From Ectothiorhodospiraceae bacterium (GTDB lineage Bacteria; Pseudomonadota; Gammaproteobacteria; Nitrococcales; Halorhodospiraceae): 61,821 nt of DNA. Shown piece by piece: positions 45,102 through 55,748 of this stretch. Below the pieces are notes generated by a model, which did not search any database, was not told the origin of the DNA, and saw only the letters and a program-made list of their open reading frames with translations. The stretch spans positions 1 to 61,821 of the forward strand of contig PULM01000043.1 of the NCBI GenBank assembly GCA_003552345.1, given 5' to 3'. Position numbers and translations under genes: made by a program. How positions within the stretch are numbered: the stretch's first letter is position 1; the number at the start of each line of letters is the position of its first letter.

Positions 45102-45281
45102 TCAGTCGTCCTGACCGCGGGTTACCTTGCGGCCGCGATAGTAGCCATCGGCGCTGACGTGGTGCCGGCGATGGGTCTCACCGGTGCTCTGCTCCGTGGA
45201 GAGCGTCGGCTTGCTCAGGCTGTCGTGGGAGCGGCGCATGCCACGCTTGGAGGGCGTCTTGCGATTCTGCTGTACGGCCAT
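45102..45281 (-). CDS. rpmF: 50S ribosomal protein L32 (absent from the ORF track; 59 aa)
   Basis: Manual translation [59 protein letters not shown]; Cys-free (non-zinc) type. Confidence 0.97.
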   Translation of the reverse strand: MAVQQNRKTPSKRGMRRSHDSLSKPTLSTEQSTGETHRRHHVSADGYYRGRKVTRGQDD

Positions 45282-45333
45282 GGTTCTCTAGCTCCGATCG
45301 GTTCCGAAATTCTGTTCTCCCGGGTCAGCCCGC

Positions 45334-45837
45334 CTAGTCGCCCGAACCGCGGCGGCGGACCTTACCCTGCAGGCTTGCAAAGGGGCTCAGGGCCTCCCGC
45401 GCAACGCCTGCGCCGTGTTCAGGGGGTGCGCACTCCTCCCCCGGATGTCGCGATACCACCGGCAGCGCCAGGAGGATCTCTTCCTCGACGACCTGCAGGG
45501 GGCGAACGGACGAGCCGCTTACGTACGGCTCCAGGTCGTCCGGCAAGGCCTCGCCTTCCTCCTCGGTCGCCACCACAACCACCCGGAATGCCCCGGAAAC
45601 GGGGTGATGGTAGATCCCGAGGCAGCGCTGACAGGTCACTGGCACGCTGGCTTCGATGCGTCCCTCTAGGACTCGTCGACCAGCCTCATCCAGCCCCCCT
45701 TCCAGACGCACCCACGCCTGCCCTTCCTGCACCGCAAGCAACGGCGCCAGGCGTGGCATGCTGGGCAGCGCCAGGGTCCCCTCGTGGACCCGAGGCGGCG
45801 CACCGAAATCGTCTGGGGCCAGCCCGTCCGGCAACAT
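45334..45837 (-). CDS. yceD: YceD/DUF177 family protein
   Basis: CQRCL, EEEILLALP, SPFA.L; upstream of rpmF. Start set at 45837 because ATG 45849 overlaps the predicted -10. Confidence 0.88.
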   Translation of the reverse strand: MLPDGLAPDDFGAPPRVHEGTLALPSMPRLAPLLAVQEGQAWVRLEGGLDEAGRRVLEGRIEASVPVTCQRCLGIYHHPVSGAFRVVVVATEEEGEALPDDLEPYVSGSSVRPLQVVEEEILLALPVVSRHPGEECAPPEHGAGVAREALSPFASLQGKVRRRGSGD

Positions 45838-45847
45838 AAGGCTCCGC

Positions 45848-45876
45848 ATACTAGCCCCGCCGCCGGATACTGTAAA
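45848..45876 (-). promoter_or_regulatory. sigma70 promoter of the yceD-rpmF-plsX-fab operon
   Basis: TTTACA-N17-TAGTAT on the - strand. Confidence 0.65.
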
Positions 45877-45942
45877 GTGCTGGTAGTGCGCCGTTTGCGG
45901 CGCTAGGGTGCACGGCTTTTGGCAAATCGACAGGGTTTTTCC

Positions 45943-46533
45943 ATGCCTGATTCATCTGATTCACGATCGCTGATTCTGGCCTCGGCCTCACCTTATCGCC
46001 GGGCACTGCTCGAGCGTCTAGGCGTCCCTTTTGAGGTCGATGCCGCCGACATCGACGAGCGCATCGCCGACGACGAGACGCCCGAGGATGCAGTGATGCG
46101 CCTGGCCCGGGAGAAAGCCCGGGCGGTGGCCGAGCGCCACCCGCACGCAGTGGTGATCGGCAGCGATCAGGTCGCAGCCCTCGGCATGGATATCCTGGGC
46201 AAACCGGGCACTGAGGAGCGCGCCTGCGAGCAACTCGTCCGGGTCTCCGGGCAGAGCGTGCGCTTTCTCACGGCGGTCAGTGTGCGCCAGGGCGACATCG
46301 AGGAGCCGTTGCTGGAGACGGTGCAGGTCCGCTTCCGGGCTCTCGATACCGAGACCATCGAGCGCTACGTCCGCACCGACCGACCCCTCGACTGCGCGGG
46401 CGCCATTCGCTCCGAGGGCCTTGGGGCTGCTTTGCTCGAGTCGGTGGAAAGCCGTGACCCTTCGGCGTTGATCGGCCTGCCGCTGATCGGAGTGGCGCAG
46501 CTTCTGCGTCGCCGAGGTTTCCGGCTGCCCTGA
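45943..46533 (+). CDS. yceF: Maf/YceF nucleotide pyrophosphatase
   Basis: LILASASPYR, IGSDQV, GKP, DCAG...SEGLG; divergent from yceD. Confidence 0.88.
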   Translation: MPDSSDSRSLILASASPYRRALLERLGVPFEVDAADIDERIADDETPEDAVMRLAREKARAVAERHPHAVVIGSDQVAALGMDILGKPGTEERACEQLVRVSGQSVRFLTAVSVRQGDIEEPLLETVQVRFRALDTETIERYVRTDRPLDCAGAIRSEGLGAALLESVESRDPSALIGLPLIGVAQLLRRRGFRLP

Positions 46534-46540
46534 GTGCGCG

Positions 46541-46572
46541 GTGCCGCCGGGGCGTGGTGACCCCGGCGGCAC
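46541..46572. terminator. GC hairpin between convergent maf and sppA
   Basis: GTGCCGCCGGGG-N8-CCCCGGCGGCAC, 12-bp perfect stem. Confidence 0.6.
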
Positions 46573-46588
46573 ATGTGGTGGGAGCCGT

Positions 46589-47539
46589 TCAGCGGGGCTG
46601 GTACTCCAGAGACTGCAGCGCCTGATAGGCGCCCTGCCCCACGGCGGTGCCGAAACGCTCCGCGAGCTGAGAGAGGAAGTCGCGCCGCGCGGTATAGTCG
46701 ATCAGTTCCTCCTCGCCGATGACATCCCGGGCGACACTGCGCACGCTGCCGATCTCATCGGCAAGCCCCTTCTCCAGACTCTGCTGTCCGGTCCAGATCA
46801 GCCCGGAGAAGAGCCGATCCTCATCGGCGCCGGCGTCATCGATCTGCTCGCCGCGGCCCGCGCGCACGGCGGCGATGAACTGACCGTGGATATCGTCCAG
46901 CATGGTCCGGACGTGCTCCACGTGCTCCTCCTTCTCCGGGGCGAAGGGATCGAGGAAGGCCTTGTCCTCGCCGGCGGTGTAGATACGCCGCTCGATGCCC
47001 AGCTTCTCCAGCGCCTCACCGATGCCGAAGCTACCCATAATCACACCGATGGAGCCGACGATGCTCGATTCGTTGACGTGGATCTGATCCGCGGCGGCCG
47101 CGACGTAGTAGGCCCCTGAGGTGCCCACATCCTCGATCACCGCGTGCACCGGAATCTCGTCATGCTCATCGCGAAGGCGCTGGATCTCCTGGAAGATCTG
47201 GCGCGAATGCACGGCGCTGCCGCCCGGGCTGTTGATCCGCAGGACCACCCCGGCCACATCGTCCGCCTCAAAGGCTCGCTCCAGGCCGCGGATGACCTGC
47301 TCGGCGCTCGCCGCGGAGTCGGACATGATCGGTCCGTCGATGCGCACCTCCGCGGTGTGAGGGCCGACCTCCTCTTCCGCGGCGAAGTCGAACCGCCCCA
47401 AGGAGATCGCCACCAGCACGACGATCGCCAGCACCGCACCGCGTGTGATCAGACGCCAGCGCCGCGCCCGTCTCTGTTCGCGGATGTTTTCCTTCAGCAG
47501 TTCCAGTAGGGCCTCACGCTCCGACGTCTCTTCGCTCAT
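46589..47539 (-). CDS. sppA: S49 family signal peptide peptidase
   Basis: N-terminal TM, RINSPGGS, SGAYY, GSIGV. Confidence 0.88.
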   Translation of the reverse strand: MSEETSEREALLELLKENIREQRRARRWRLITRGAVLAIVVLVAISLGRFDFAAEEEVGPHTAEVRIDGPIMSDSAASAEQVIRGLERAFEADDVAGVVLRINSPGGSAVHSRQIFQEIQRLRDEHDEIPVHAVIEDVGTSGAYYVAAAADQIHVNESSIVGSIGVIMGSFGIGEALEKLGIERRIYTAGEDKAFLDPFAPEKEEHVEHVRTMLDDIHGQFIAAVRAGRGEQIDDAGADEDRLFSGLIWTGQQSLEKGLADEIGSVRSVARDVIGEEELIDYTARRDFLSQLAERFGTAVGQGAYQALQSLEYQPR

Positions 47540-48513
47540 GCTGACTCCTCATTGGCTGATTGCGACAGGCGCTCAAGTACCGCTTCCAGTTCATCGTCCA
47601 TCGGCGCCTGGACGCAAATGGGGTCCCCGCTATCCGGGTGCTGCAGGCGCAGCGATGCGGCGTGCAAGAAGAGTCGGCGCAGACCGAATGCCCGGAGTGT
47701 GCTGTTGACCGAGCGATCCCCGTAGCGCTCGTCACCAGCGACCGGATGCCCGATGTGGCGCGCATGCACACGGATCTGGTGTGTGCGCCCCGTCTCCAGC
47801 CGGGCCGTCACCAGCGTCGCCTGCGGCCATCGTTGCTCGACGAGAAAGTCGGTCGCCGCCTTGCGCCCTTGCTTGCTGACACGCACCTGACGCTCCCGCG
47901 GCGCCCCGGGGAGGCGCTCCAGCGGGGCGTCGACGCGCACCGTTCCTCGATCCCGCAACGGCCCGACAAGCAGCGCAGTGTAGTGCTTCTCGACCTGTCC
48001 GTGGCGCAGTTGCTCATGGAGCCGGCGTAGGGTCGAGCGCCGCTTGGCCAGCATCAGGCACCCGCTGGTCTCCTGATCGAGCCGATGGACCAGCTCGATA
48101 AAGGGCAACTCAGGGCGGATGGCCCGACCCGCCTCGACCAGCCCCACCCGGACGGTGGAGCCGCCGTGCACGGCCAGCCCCGACGGCTTGTTCAGCACCA
48201 GCAGCCGCTCGTCCTCGTAAAGGACGCCGCCGCGCAACCGCGCTTCCAGGCCATCGGGGAGCCCGGCGGACTGGATGTCGGCAGCCTGGCGCTGGCCCGA
48301 CACGGGCGGGATCCTTACCACCTCACCGGTATTCAGGCGCCGCGTAGGTCGTGCCCGTCCGCCATCGACGCGCACCTCGCCGCGGCGCAGCAATCGGTAG
48401 ATCCGGCTGCGTGGCACCCCCTTGAGCTGACGCAGGAGAAAGTTGTCGATTCGTTGCCCGGCCTCTTCGGCCAGTACCTGATGGTGTCGAACCTTGGGAT
48501 CAGAGGCGCTCAT
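47536..48513 (-). CDS. rluC: 23S rRNA pseudouridine synthase RluC
   Basis: S4 domain (GQRIDNFL), NKPSGLAVHGG, HRLD, TGRTHQIRVH; divergent from rne. Confidence 0.93.
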   Translation of the reverse strand: MSASDPKVRHHQVLAEEAGQRIDNFLLRQLKGVPRSRIYRLLRRGEVRVDGGRARPTRRLNTGEVVRIPPVSGQRQAADIQSAGLPDGLEARLRGGVLYEDERLLVLNKPSGLAVHGGSTVRVGLVEAGRAIRPELPFIELVHRLDQETSGCLMLAKRRSTLRRLHEQLRHGQVEKHYTALLVGPLRDRGTVRVDAPLERLPGAPRERQVRVSKQGRKAATDFLVEQRWPQATLVTARLETGRTHQIRVHARHIGHPVAGDERYGDRSVNSTLRAFGLRRLFLHAASLRLQHPDSGDPICVQAPMDDELEAVLERLSQSANEESA

Positions 48514-48519
48514 GCGCGG

Positions 48520-48569
48520 ATTTTAGCAAAAGAATAAATTTGAAGGTTGGCGCAAGTGACTGATACAAT
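48520..48569. promoter_or_regulatory. Divergent extended -10 promoters for rluC (-) and rne (+)
   Basis: - strand TGcTAAAAT (48520-48528); + strand TGaTACAAT (48561-48569); AT-rich tract between. Confidence 0.65.
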
Positions 48570-48922
48570 TAGCCGCACGCGGCAAACGGATTCATCCCGG
48601 TCGCGAAAACGGTTTCATACGGTGTCGCACCGCGTGCGGCATCGTCGAGCAAAATCAGAACGAAACAATCGGCCTGCGCCCGTGGTGGCGTGGGCCAGTC
48701 CACCACGACCAATGAGCCCTGCGCCCCTTCACAGGAGTTGAGCGCGGATGACACGGACGGAGTTGTCGCACTGGATGGTCTGGTTCGCCGCCTGGTCGGT
48801 GCCACCGATGTGGCCCGAGACCGGCGTTGCGGCGTGGCCAAGGCGTGCGATACCGCACTGCCGTGCTATCCGCCCCGAGCGCCTGGCAGCGATGGCGGCA
48901 GGGCTGCGGAGATTGCGCACCC

Positions 48923-51586
48923 ATGAAAAGAATGCTGATCAACGCAACTCAACCGGAAGAGTTGCGCGTGGCACTCGTGGACGGCCAGATCCTCTACGAT
49001 CTCGACATCGAGGCCCCCTCCCGCGAACAGAAAAAGGCCAACATCTACAAGGGGATCATCACCCGGGTTGAGCCGAGCCTCGAGGCGGCGTTTGTCCAGT
49101 ACGGCGCAGAGCGCCACGGCTTCCTGCCCTTCAAGGAGATCGCGCCCGCCTATTTCACCTCCAAAGACGGTGAACGCAACACGCCGAAGGACGGGCTGCG
49201 CGAAAACCAGGAAGTCCTGGTCCAGGTTGATAAGGAAGAGCGCGGCAATAAGGGCGCCGCGCTGACGACCTACATCAGCCTGGCCGGGCGCTACCTCGTG
49301 CTCATGCCCAACAACCCGCGCGCCGGAGGCGTCTCGCGGCGGATCGAGGGTTCGGACCGCGCCGAGATCCGTGAAAGTCTGCGCCAACTCGACGTTCCCG
49401 AGGGCATGGGCCTGATCGTGCGCACCGCCGGCGTCGGGCGCAGCACCGAGGAGCTCCAGTGGGACCTGGACTACCTGCTCAAGCTCTGGGACGCCATCCA
49501 GAACGCCACCGCCGAGCGTTCGGCGCCCTTCCTGGTCTATCAAGAAAGCGACGTCATCATCCGGGCCCTGCGCGACTACCTGCGCTCGGACATTGGCGAG
49601 ATCCTGGTCGATGACCAGGAGGTCTTCGCCAAGGCGCGCGACTTCGTCGACCAGGTCATGCCGTACAACCGGCAGAAGCTCAAGCACTACACCGACCCGG
49701 TGCCCCTGTTCTCCCGGTACCAGATCGAGAGCCAGATCGAGTCGGCGTTCCAGCGCGACGTGCGGCTGCCCTCCGGCGGTGCGATCGCCATCGATCATAC
49801 CGAGGCGTTGATCTCGATCGACATCAATTCGTCACGCGCCACCAAGGGCGCCGATATCGAGGAGACGGCCCTCAACACCAACCTAGAGGCTGCCGACGAG
49901 ATCGCCCGGCAACTGCGCCTACGCGACCTTGGGGGCCTGATCGTCATCGACTTCATCGATATGGGCCCGCCGCGCCACCAGCGCGAGGTGGAAAACCGCC
50001 TGCGCGAGGCGGTCAAGGCGGACCGGGCCCGCGTGCAGATCGGGCGCATCTCCCGCTTCGGGCTGCTGGAGATGTCGCGCCAGCGGCTGCGCTCCTCGCT
50101 CGGCGAGGCCCACCAGGAGGTCTGCGGGCGCTGTGGCGGTCAGGGTACGGTGCGCAGCGTCGAATCGCTGGCACTGTCGATCCTGCGCATCATCGAAGAA
50201 GAGGCGATGAAGGAGAAGACCGGCCGCGTGCTGGCACAGCTCCCCATCGAGGTCGCCACCTTCCTGCTCAACGAGAAGCGCGCCCAGATCGCGGAGCTTG
50301 AGAACCGCTACGGCGTGCATGTGCTGCTGATTCCCAACCGCAACCTGGAGACCCCGCACTACGACATCCAGCGTGTGCGCACCGATGAGGGCCTGGAACA
50401 GGACGGCAGCAGCTACAACCTGGCCACGCCGGCGCCGGAGCCCACGGTGGTTGAGGCCGGTCTGCCAGCCAGCCGGCCCGCAGCCCCTGCCGTGCAGGGA
50501 GTCACCCCAAGCGCTCCGGCACCTGGCCCTGCCCCCTCCACGGAACAGGCCGGATCCGGTGATACGGCTGCCGCGGGTCAGGGCGATGACGCCCCGCTGA
50601 GCTCGATCTTCCGTCGACTGCGGGGGCTTCTGTTCCAGAGTGCGCCCGAGGGCGAGCGCCTCGGCCGGAGCGACACGGAGCGCGGACAGCAAAAGCAGCG
50701 CGGCGCCCGCGGCGATGAGGAGAGTTCCGACGAGACGCAGGGACGCGGCGCCGGCCAGGGTAAGCGCGGCACACGACGCGGGGGCCGGTCCCGCGGCGGC
50801 GGGCGCAGTCGCCGTGCCCCGGGCAATGGTTCGGCGGATAACGGCAATGGGCAGCAGCGCAGCCCGCAGGGCGCCGCCGAGACCGGTTCCAGTGGTGCTT
50901 CTGGTGACGCCACCACCGCCGCGGAGGAAGGCAAGACCCGCGGCTCCGGTGGCAAGGGCGCCTCGTCCGGCAACAAGCGCCGCAACGGGGGCAACGGCAA
51001 GGGCGGAGGCAAGACCGCTGCCAGCAGCGAGGGGGGCGAGACCCAGTCCGACGCCGTCCAGCAGGATACCCCCGCGGAGGCAAGCGGACAGGACGAGTCC
51101 ACGAAGAACGCAGAGGCACGCTCGGGCAGAAGCGGTCGCAGTCGACGCGGCCGTCGCGGCGGTCGTCGTCGTCGCCGTTCATCAAACGGCTCCGAGCAAA
51201 GCGATGCTCAGAGCGCCGACGGGGCCAACAACGAGCAGTCGGGCGACGCCGCGCCGTCTCAGGAAGGCGCCCAAGCGCCGAGCGCCCCCGCCGCACCGGT
51301 CAAGGAGTCGGGGGCGGAGGCCCAGCCGAGCAGCGCTGAGCCGACAAGCGCCGAGTCGACAGAGGTATCCCAGCCGGTGAGCGCCGTCACCCCCTCGGAC
51401 GGGGGGACCGAGGAGGTCGCGGCCTCCGAGGGTGCTCGCGGCCGCAAGTACGTCCGCTCCGGACGCCCTCGCCGTCCCAAGCAGGCGGCGCCCGCTGAGG
51501 CTGAGGCCACCGCCGAGGCGGCATCGTCCGTGGAGGAGGTCGCCCCGGCCGAGGAGAGGGATCAGGGCGTCGAGCGCTCGAGCTAA
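48923..51586 (+). CDS. rne: Ribonuclease E
   Basis: [17 protein letters not shown]1 domain, IDINS, DFIDM, CGRCGG zinc link; disordered C-terminal half with amphipathic [13 protein letters not shown] and Arg-rich tracts. Confidence 0.98.
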   Translation: MKRMLINATQPEELRVALVDGQILYDLDIEAPSREQKKANIYKGIITRVEPSLEAAFVQYGAERHGFLPFKEIAPAYFTSKDGERNTPKDGLRENQEVLVQVDKEERGNKGAALTTYISLAGRYLVLMPNNPRAGGVSRRIEGSDRAEIRESLRQLDVPEGMGLIVRTAGVGRSTEELQWDLDYLLKLWDAIQNATAERSAPFLVYQESDVIIRALRDYLRSDIGEILVDDQEVFAKARDFVDQVMPYNRQKLKHYTDPVPLFSRYQIESQIESAFQRDVRLPSGGAIAIDHTEALISIDINSSRATKGADIEETALNTNLEAADEIARQLRLRDLGGLIVIDFIDMGPPRHQREVENRLREAVKADRARVQIGRISRFGLLEMSRQRLRSSLGEAHQEVCGRCGGQGTVRSVESLALSILRIIEEEAMKEKTGRVLAQLPIEVATFLLNEKRAQIAELENRYGVHVLLIPNRNLETPHYDIQRVRTDEGLEQDGSSYNLATPAPEPTVVEAGLPASRPAAPAVQGVTPSAPAPGPAPSTEQAGSGDTAAAGQGDDAPLSSIFRRLRGLLFQSAPEGERLGRSDTERGQQKQRGARGDEESSDETQGRGAGQGKRGTRRGGRSRGGGRSRRAPGNGSADNGNGQQRSPQGAAETGSSGASGDATTAAEEGKTRGSGGKGASSGNKRRNGGNGKGGGKTAASSEGGETQSDAVQQDTPAEASGQDESTKNAEARSGRSGRSRRGRRGGRRRRRSSNGSEQSDAQSADGANNEQSGDAAPSQEGAQAPSAPAAPVKESGAEAQPSSAEPTSAESTEVSQPVSAVTPSDGGTEEVAASEGARGRKYVRSGRPRRPKQAAPAEAEATAEAASSVEEVAPAEERDQGVERSS

Positions 51587-51617
51587 CGGGCGCCGCCCCC
51601 TGGCCGGGCGAGAGGAT

Positions 51618-51648
51618 GGCAGCGGGCGGTCATCGGCCGCCCGCTGCC
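51618..51648. terminator. GC hairpin between convergent rne and ptp
   Basis: GGCAGCGGGCGG-N7-CCGCCCGCTGCC, 12-bp perfect stem. Confidence 0.6.
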
Positions 51649-51663
51649 CTGCTCGGCCTGAGG

Positions 51664-52146
51664 CTAACCGCGCCGGCGGACCTCTTCGATCAGCCCATCC
51701 GCGGCGTCCTGGATGAGATCGAGCACGTGCTCGAATCCCCGCTCCCCGCCGTAGTACGGATCCGGCACCTCACGCTCCCTGCGGTTACGGGCGTACTCGA
51801 GGAAGAGCCCGAGCTTGTCCGCGTGCTTGGGCGGGCAATCGGCCTGAAGGATGCCCAGATTCGACTCATCCATGGCCAGGATCAGGTCGTAGGCCTCAAA
51901 GTCGTGCCGATCGACCTGTCGGGCACGTAGATCACTGATGTCAATCCCCCGCCGCCGCGCGGCCTCCTGGGCGCGCTGGTCGGGACCCTTGCCGACGTGA
52001 AAGTCGTGGGTCCCGGCGGAGTCGAGCTCCACCCGCTGCTCGAGTCCCTCCTCGCGCAGGCGCTGACGCAGGACGCCCTCCGCCGTCGGCGAGCGGCAGA
52101 TGTTGCCCATGCACACGAGCAGCACACGGATCTTGCCTTCAGACAT
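51664..52146 (-). CDS. Low-molecular-weight protein-tyrosine phosphatase
   Basis: CMGNICRS P-loop, DSAGT, VPDPYYGG. Confidence 0.93.
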   Translation of the reverse strand: MSEGKIRVLLVCMGNICRSPTAEGVLRQRLREEGLEQRVELDSAGTHDFHVGKGPDQRAQEAARRRGIDISDLRARQVDRHDFEAYDLILAMDESNLGILQADCPPKHADKLGLFLEYARNRREREVPDPYYGGERGFEHVLDLIQDAADGLIEEVRRRG

Positions 52147-52933
52147 AGTCCCCTTGTCCTTGATCGTTGGATTGGAGTCGCCGGGCCACCACCTCCAGGT
52201 CGGCCGGGGTATCGACGCCGGGACCCGGGCGCTGTTCGGTGACGGCGACCTGGATCGCGAAACCGTGCCATAGTGCCCGGAGCTGTTCCAGCGACTCCAG
52301 CTGCTCGGGCGGTGCCGGCTCAAGCTGGGGAAACCGGCGCAGGAAAGCGGCCCGGTAAGCGTAAAGACCCAGGTGCCTCAACCAACCGCCGGTTGCCACG
52401 GTGGTGTCCTCGATCGTGGCGAAGCGGTCCCGGTCCCAGGGGATCGGTGCCCGGCTGAAATACAGCGCGTGGCCCTGTCGGTTCCGCACCACCTTGACCA
52501 CCGACGGCTCGAAAAGCTCGCCGGCGCCCTCGATCGGTGTCGCCAGGGTGGCAATCGCGGCGGTCGGATCAGCATCCAGTCCGGTCGCGACCTTCGTCAC
52601 CAGCCCAGGGGGCATCAGCGGTTCATCGCCCTGGAGGTTCACCACGATCTCTTCATCCGGCAATGCCAGTCGGTCGACGACCTCTGCGATGCGATCCGTT
52701 CCGGTGGCGTGGTCGGCGGCGGTCAGTAGCACCTCCGCCCCGAAGCCGGTGCAGGCGGATTCAATCCGCCGGTCGTCGGTGGCCACCACCACCCGGGCGG
52801 CGCCACTCTCCGTGGCCCGCCGGTGGACATGCTGGATCACCGGTTCGCCGAGCAGATCCGCCAGCGGCTTGCCAGGCAGCCGCGAGGCCCCGAATCGGGC
52901 CGGGATCACCACGGTGAATGCGGGCATGCTCAT
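52139..52933 (-). CDS. kdsB: CMP-KDO synthetase
   Basis: IPARFGASRLPGKPL, NLQGDEP, ESLEQLR. Confidence 0.97.
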   Translation of the reverse strand: MSMPAFTVVIPARFGASRLPGKPLADLLGEPVIQHVHRRATESGAARVVVATDDRRIESACTGFGAEVLLTAADHATGTDRIAEVVDRLALPDEEIVVNLQGDEPLMPPGLVTKVATGLDADPTAAIATLATPIEGAGELFEPSVVKVVRNRQGHALYFSRAPIPWDRDRFATIEDTTVATGGWLRHLGLYAYRAAFLRRFPQLEPAPPEQLESLEQLRALWHGFAIQVAVTEQRPGPGVDTPADLEVVARRLQSNDQGQGDYV

Positions 52934-53913
52934 GGTTCTCCCTCTGATGCCTCCAGTCGATCGATCAGGGCCTCGGTAGCAGCGGCCAGCTGCGGTCCGG
53001 GGACCACTTCCACAGGCAGGTACCAGAGTCGCTCCGCCCGGGGCTGGGTCCGGCACTTCACGGCGTCCTTCTCGGTCATGACCACGGGCCGCTCATCCGC
53101 AAACGCCAAATCCTCCGGTGCAAAGGCGTGGTGGTCCGGGAACACGTGGCGCTGCGCCACGCTGATCTGCGCCTCCTCCAGGGTGGCGAAGAAACGCTCC
53201 GGATGGCCGATGCCGGCCACCGCGTGCACCGCGCCACCGGGCCAGGGTCGGTTGCTGCCATCCACGGCCATCGGCGCTGAGGGGCGCAGGTGGAAGAAGC
53301 AATCGCCCTCCGGCACGGCGGCGCCGTTGACGGCGATCATATCCACCGTGGCCAGTCGGTCGGGCGGCTCGCGCAACGGCCCTGCCGGCAGCAATCGCCG
53401 GTTGCCCAACCGACGATCGGCGTCCAGGACCACGACCTCCGCAACACGCCGCATCCGGTAATGCTGCAGTCCGTCATCGCTGACCACCACATCGCAGCCG
53501 GCCTGCCCGGCCGCTGTTACCGCAGCCGGGCGGTCACTGCCCACGAAAACCGGAACACGGCAGCGTCGCGCCAGCAACACCGGCTCATCGCCCGCCTGTG
53601 CCGGATCCGAGTCCGCGCTCACGGCCACGGGCCCCTTGCCAGCGCGCCCGCCGTAGCCGCGGGCCACGATCCCCGGCTGCCAGCCGCGCTCCTGGAGCCG
53701 CGCCACCAGCCAGGCGACCAGCGGGGTCTTGCCCGTGCCCCCGACAAAGAGATTGCCGACAACCACCACCGGTACGGGGGACGCTGGCCGGGCCAGCCAA
53801 CCCCGGCGATAGAGGCCACGGCGCAGTGCGGTGATCCCCCCGTAGAGCGCGGCCAGGGGCGCCAGCGCACGGGCGGCGGGGCCATCCTCCAACCAGAACC
53901 GCGGCAGCGTCAC
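52930..53913 (-). CDS. lpxK: Tetraacyldisaccharide 4'-kinase
   Basis: VGN..VGGTGKTP, GDEP, DDGLQH, PAGPLRE, MTEKDAVK. Confidence 0.96.
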   Translation of the reverse strand: MTLPRFWLEDGPAARALAPLAALYGGITALRRGLYRRGWLARPASPVPVVVVGNLFVGGTGKTPLVAWLVARLQERGWQPGIVARGYGGRAGKGPVAVSADSDPAQAGDEPVLLARRCRVPVFVGSDRPAAVTAAGQAGCDVVVSDDGLQHYRMRRVAEVVVLDADRRLGNRRLLPAGPLREPPDRLATVDMIAVNGAAVPEGDCFFHLRPSAPMAVDGSNRPWPGGAVHAVAGIGHPERFFATLEEAQISVAQRHVFPDHHAFAPEDLAFADERPVVMTEKDAVKCRTQPRAERLWYLPVEVVPGPQLAAATEALIDRLEASEGEP

Positions 53914-53917
53914 CGAG

Positions 53918-55738
53918 CTATCCCTCCGCCGGCGGATCGGTCCGGTCCTCGAACTGCATCCGGTAGAGCCCGGCATAGCGCCCGCCGCGCTCGAGCAGCT
54001 CGCGGTGGGTGCCGCGCTCAAGAATCTGTCCGCCGTCCAGGAACAGGATCTGGTCCGCGTTCTCGACCGTGGAGAGCCGGTGGGCGATGACGAAGCTCGT
54101 CCGCCCTTCCATCAACCGCTCCAACGCCCCCTGGATGTACCGCTCGGACTCCGTATCCAGGGCCGAGGTGGCCTCGTCCAAGATCAGGATCGGGGCATCC
54201 TTGAGCACGGCCCGGGCTATGGCGATGCGCTGGCGCTGCCCGCCGGAGAGCAGCACCCCATCCTCCCCCACCTCGGTCTCGAAGCCGTGCGGGAGGGCCT
54301 CGATGAACCCGGTGGCGTTGGCCGCATCCGCCGCGGCGCGGACCTGCTCATCGGTCACCGGACCCTGGGCTCCGAAGCGGATGTTATCCGCCACGGAGGC
54401 GTTGAACAGCATCACGTTCTGCCCGACCATCGAGAACTGTCGGCGCAGATCAGCGAGTCGATACTCGTGAAGCGGGACGCCGTCGAGACGGATCTCACCG
54501 TCGGTCGGCTCATAGAAACGCGGTAGCAGGTTGACCAGCGTGGTCTTCCCGCTGCCCGAGGGACCCACCAGGGCCACCGTCTCCCCGGCGCGCACGTCCA
54601 CATCCACGCCCCGCAGGACCTCGCGCTGCCCGTCGTAGGAGAAGCGCAGGCCGGCGAACTCGACACGTCCCTCGGCGCGATCGAGGGTGCGCGTTCCATG
54701 ATCCGGCTCGCGCGGGGCATCGACCACGTCGAAGATGCTCTGCGCCGCAGTGAGCCCCTTCTGGATGGTCGCGTTGACGGCCACCAGGGACTTCAGGGGC
54801 GGGTTCAGCAACAGGATGGCGCCGGCGAACGAGACGAACGTCCCCACCGTGATGGTCTCGACCACCGCATCCACCGTGACCAGGTAGATCACCACGGCCA
54901 GTGCGATGCCCGCCACCAGGCGGATGAGCGGCACCGAGGCGTACTTGGTGGCCATGAATTTCATGAACTGCTTGCGGTTGCGCTCGTTGACCCGCTCAAA
55001 GCGCCGCCGCTCGCGATCGGCCTGCCCGAAGGCCTTGACCACCTGATAACCGTGCACACTCTCCTCGGCCACACTGCCTACGCCGCCGACGGCGTGGTGG
55101 ATGCGTTTGCTGATCTTGCGAAAGCGCTTGGTAATGTAGGCGATGATCCCGCCGACCACGGGCAGAACCCCAAGGACGATCAGCATCAGCCACGGCGAGA
55201 GGTAGGTCATGTACCCGAGCAAGAAGACCACCCGCGCCCCGTCCTGGATCAGGCTCAGGACCGCGCGTGTCACCGCGCCGGCGACCTGTTCGGCCTCATA
55301 CGTCAGTTTGGAGACCAGTCGGCCCGAGGACTGCTGGTCGAAGACCCAGTTGGGCATCACCAGCAACCGGTCATGAACATCCAGCCGCAACCGCTTGACC
55401 AGTTGCCGGCCGATCCACGTCATCAGGTAATGCGACGTAAAGTGCGCCACCCCCTGGAAGACGATGAAGACAATCAGCAAGAGTGCGTAGAAGCGGATCG
55501 TCGCCGCATCCTGCTCGACAAAGCCGTCATCAAGCAGCGGCCGGATCAGCGCCACCACGCCGGTCTGCGTACCGGCCAGGGCCAGCATGGCCAGGATCGC
55601 GATCACCCCCACCTTCCAGTGCGGGAGCACATACCCGAGGAACAACCGACGGAATGTCGGCCAGGTCCTGCGATCGGCCTTGCGCGTCTCGGCGCTGTCC
55701 GGCACGGGCTGCCCAGAGGCCTGTGCGTGCGTGCTCAA
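53918..55738 (-). CDS. msbA: Lipid A export ABC transporter MsbA
   Basis: TMD + NBD (GPSGSGKT, LSGGQRQR, LDEATSALD); directly upstream of lpxK; probable TTG start with GAGGAGG RBS. Confidence 0.93.
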   Translation of the reverse strand: MSTHAQASGQPVPDSAETRKADRRTWPTFRRLFLGYVLPHWKVGVIAILAMLALAGTQTGVVALIRPLLDDGFVEQDAATIRFYALLLIVFIVFQGVAHFTSHYLMTWIGRQLVKRLRLDVHDRLLVMPNWVFDQQSSGRLVSKLTYEAEQVAGAVTRAVLSLIQDGARVVFLLGYMTYLSPWLMLIVLGVLPVVGGIIAYITKRFRKISKRIHHAVGGVGSVAEESVHGYQVVKAFGQADRERRRFERVNERNRKQFMKFMATKYASVPLIRLVAGIALAVVIYLVTVDAVVETITVGTFVSFAGAILLLNPPLKSLVAVNATIQKGLTAAQSIFDVVDAPREPDHGTRTLDRAEGRVEFAGLRFSYDGQREVLRGVDVDVRAGETVALVGPSGSGKTTLVNLLPRFYEPTDGEIRLDGVPLHEYRLADLRRQFSMVGQNVMLFNASVADNIRFGAQGPVTDEQVRAAADAANATGFIEALPHGFETEVGEDGVLLSGGQRQRIAIARAVLKDAPILILDEATSALDTESERYIQGALERLMEGRTSFVIAHRLSTVENADQILFLDGGQILERGTHRELLERGGRYAGLYRMQFEDRTDPPAEG

Positions 55739-55748
55739 ACCGACCTCC

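Noticed and set aside
50440-51586. Low-complexity Arg/Gly/Ser-rich stretch as a novel repeat element
   Set aside because: It is the expected disordered degradosome scaffold of RNase E.
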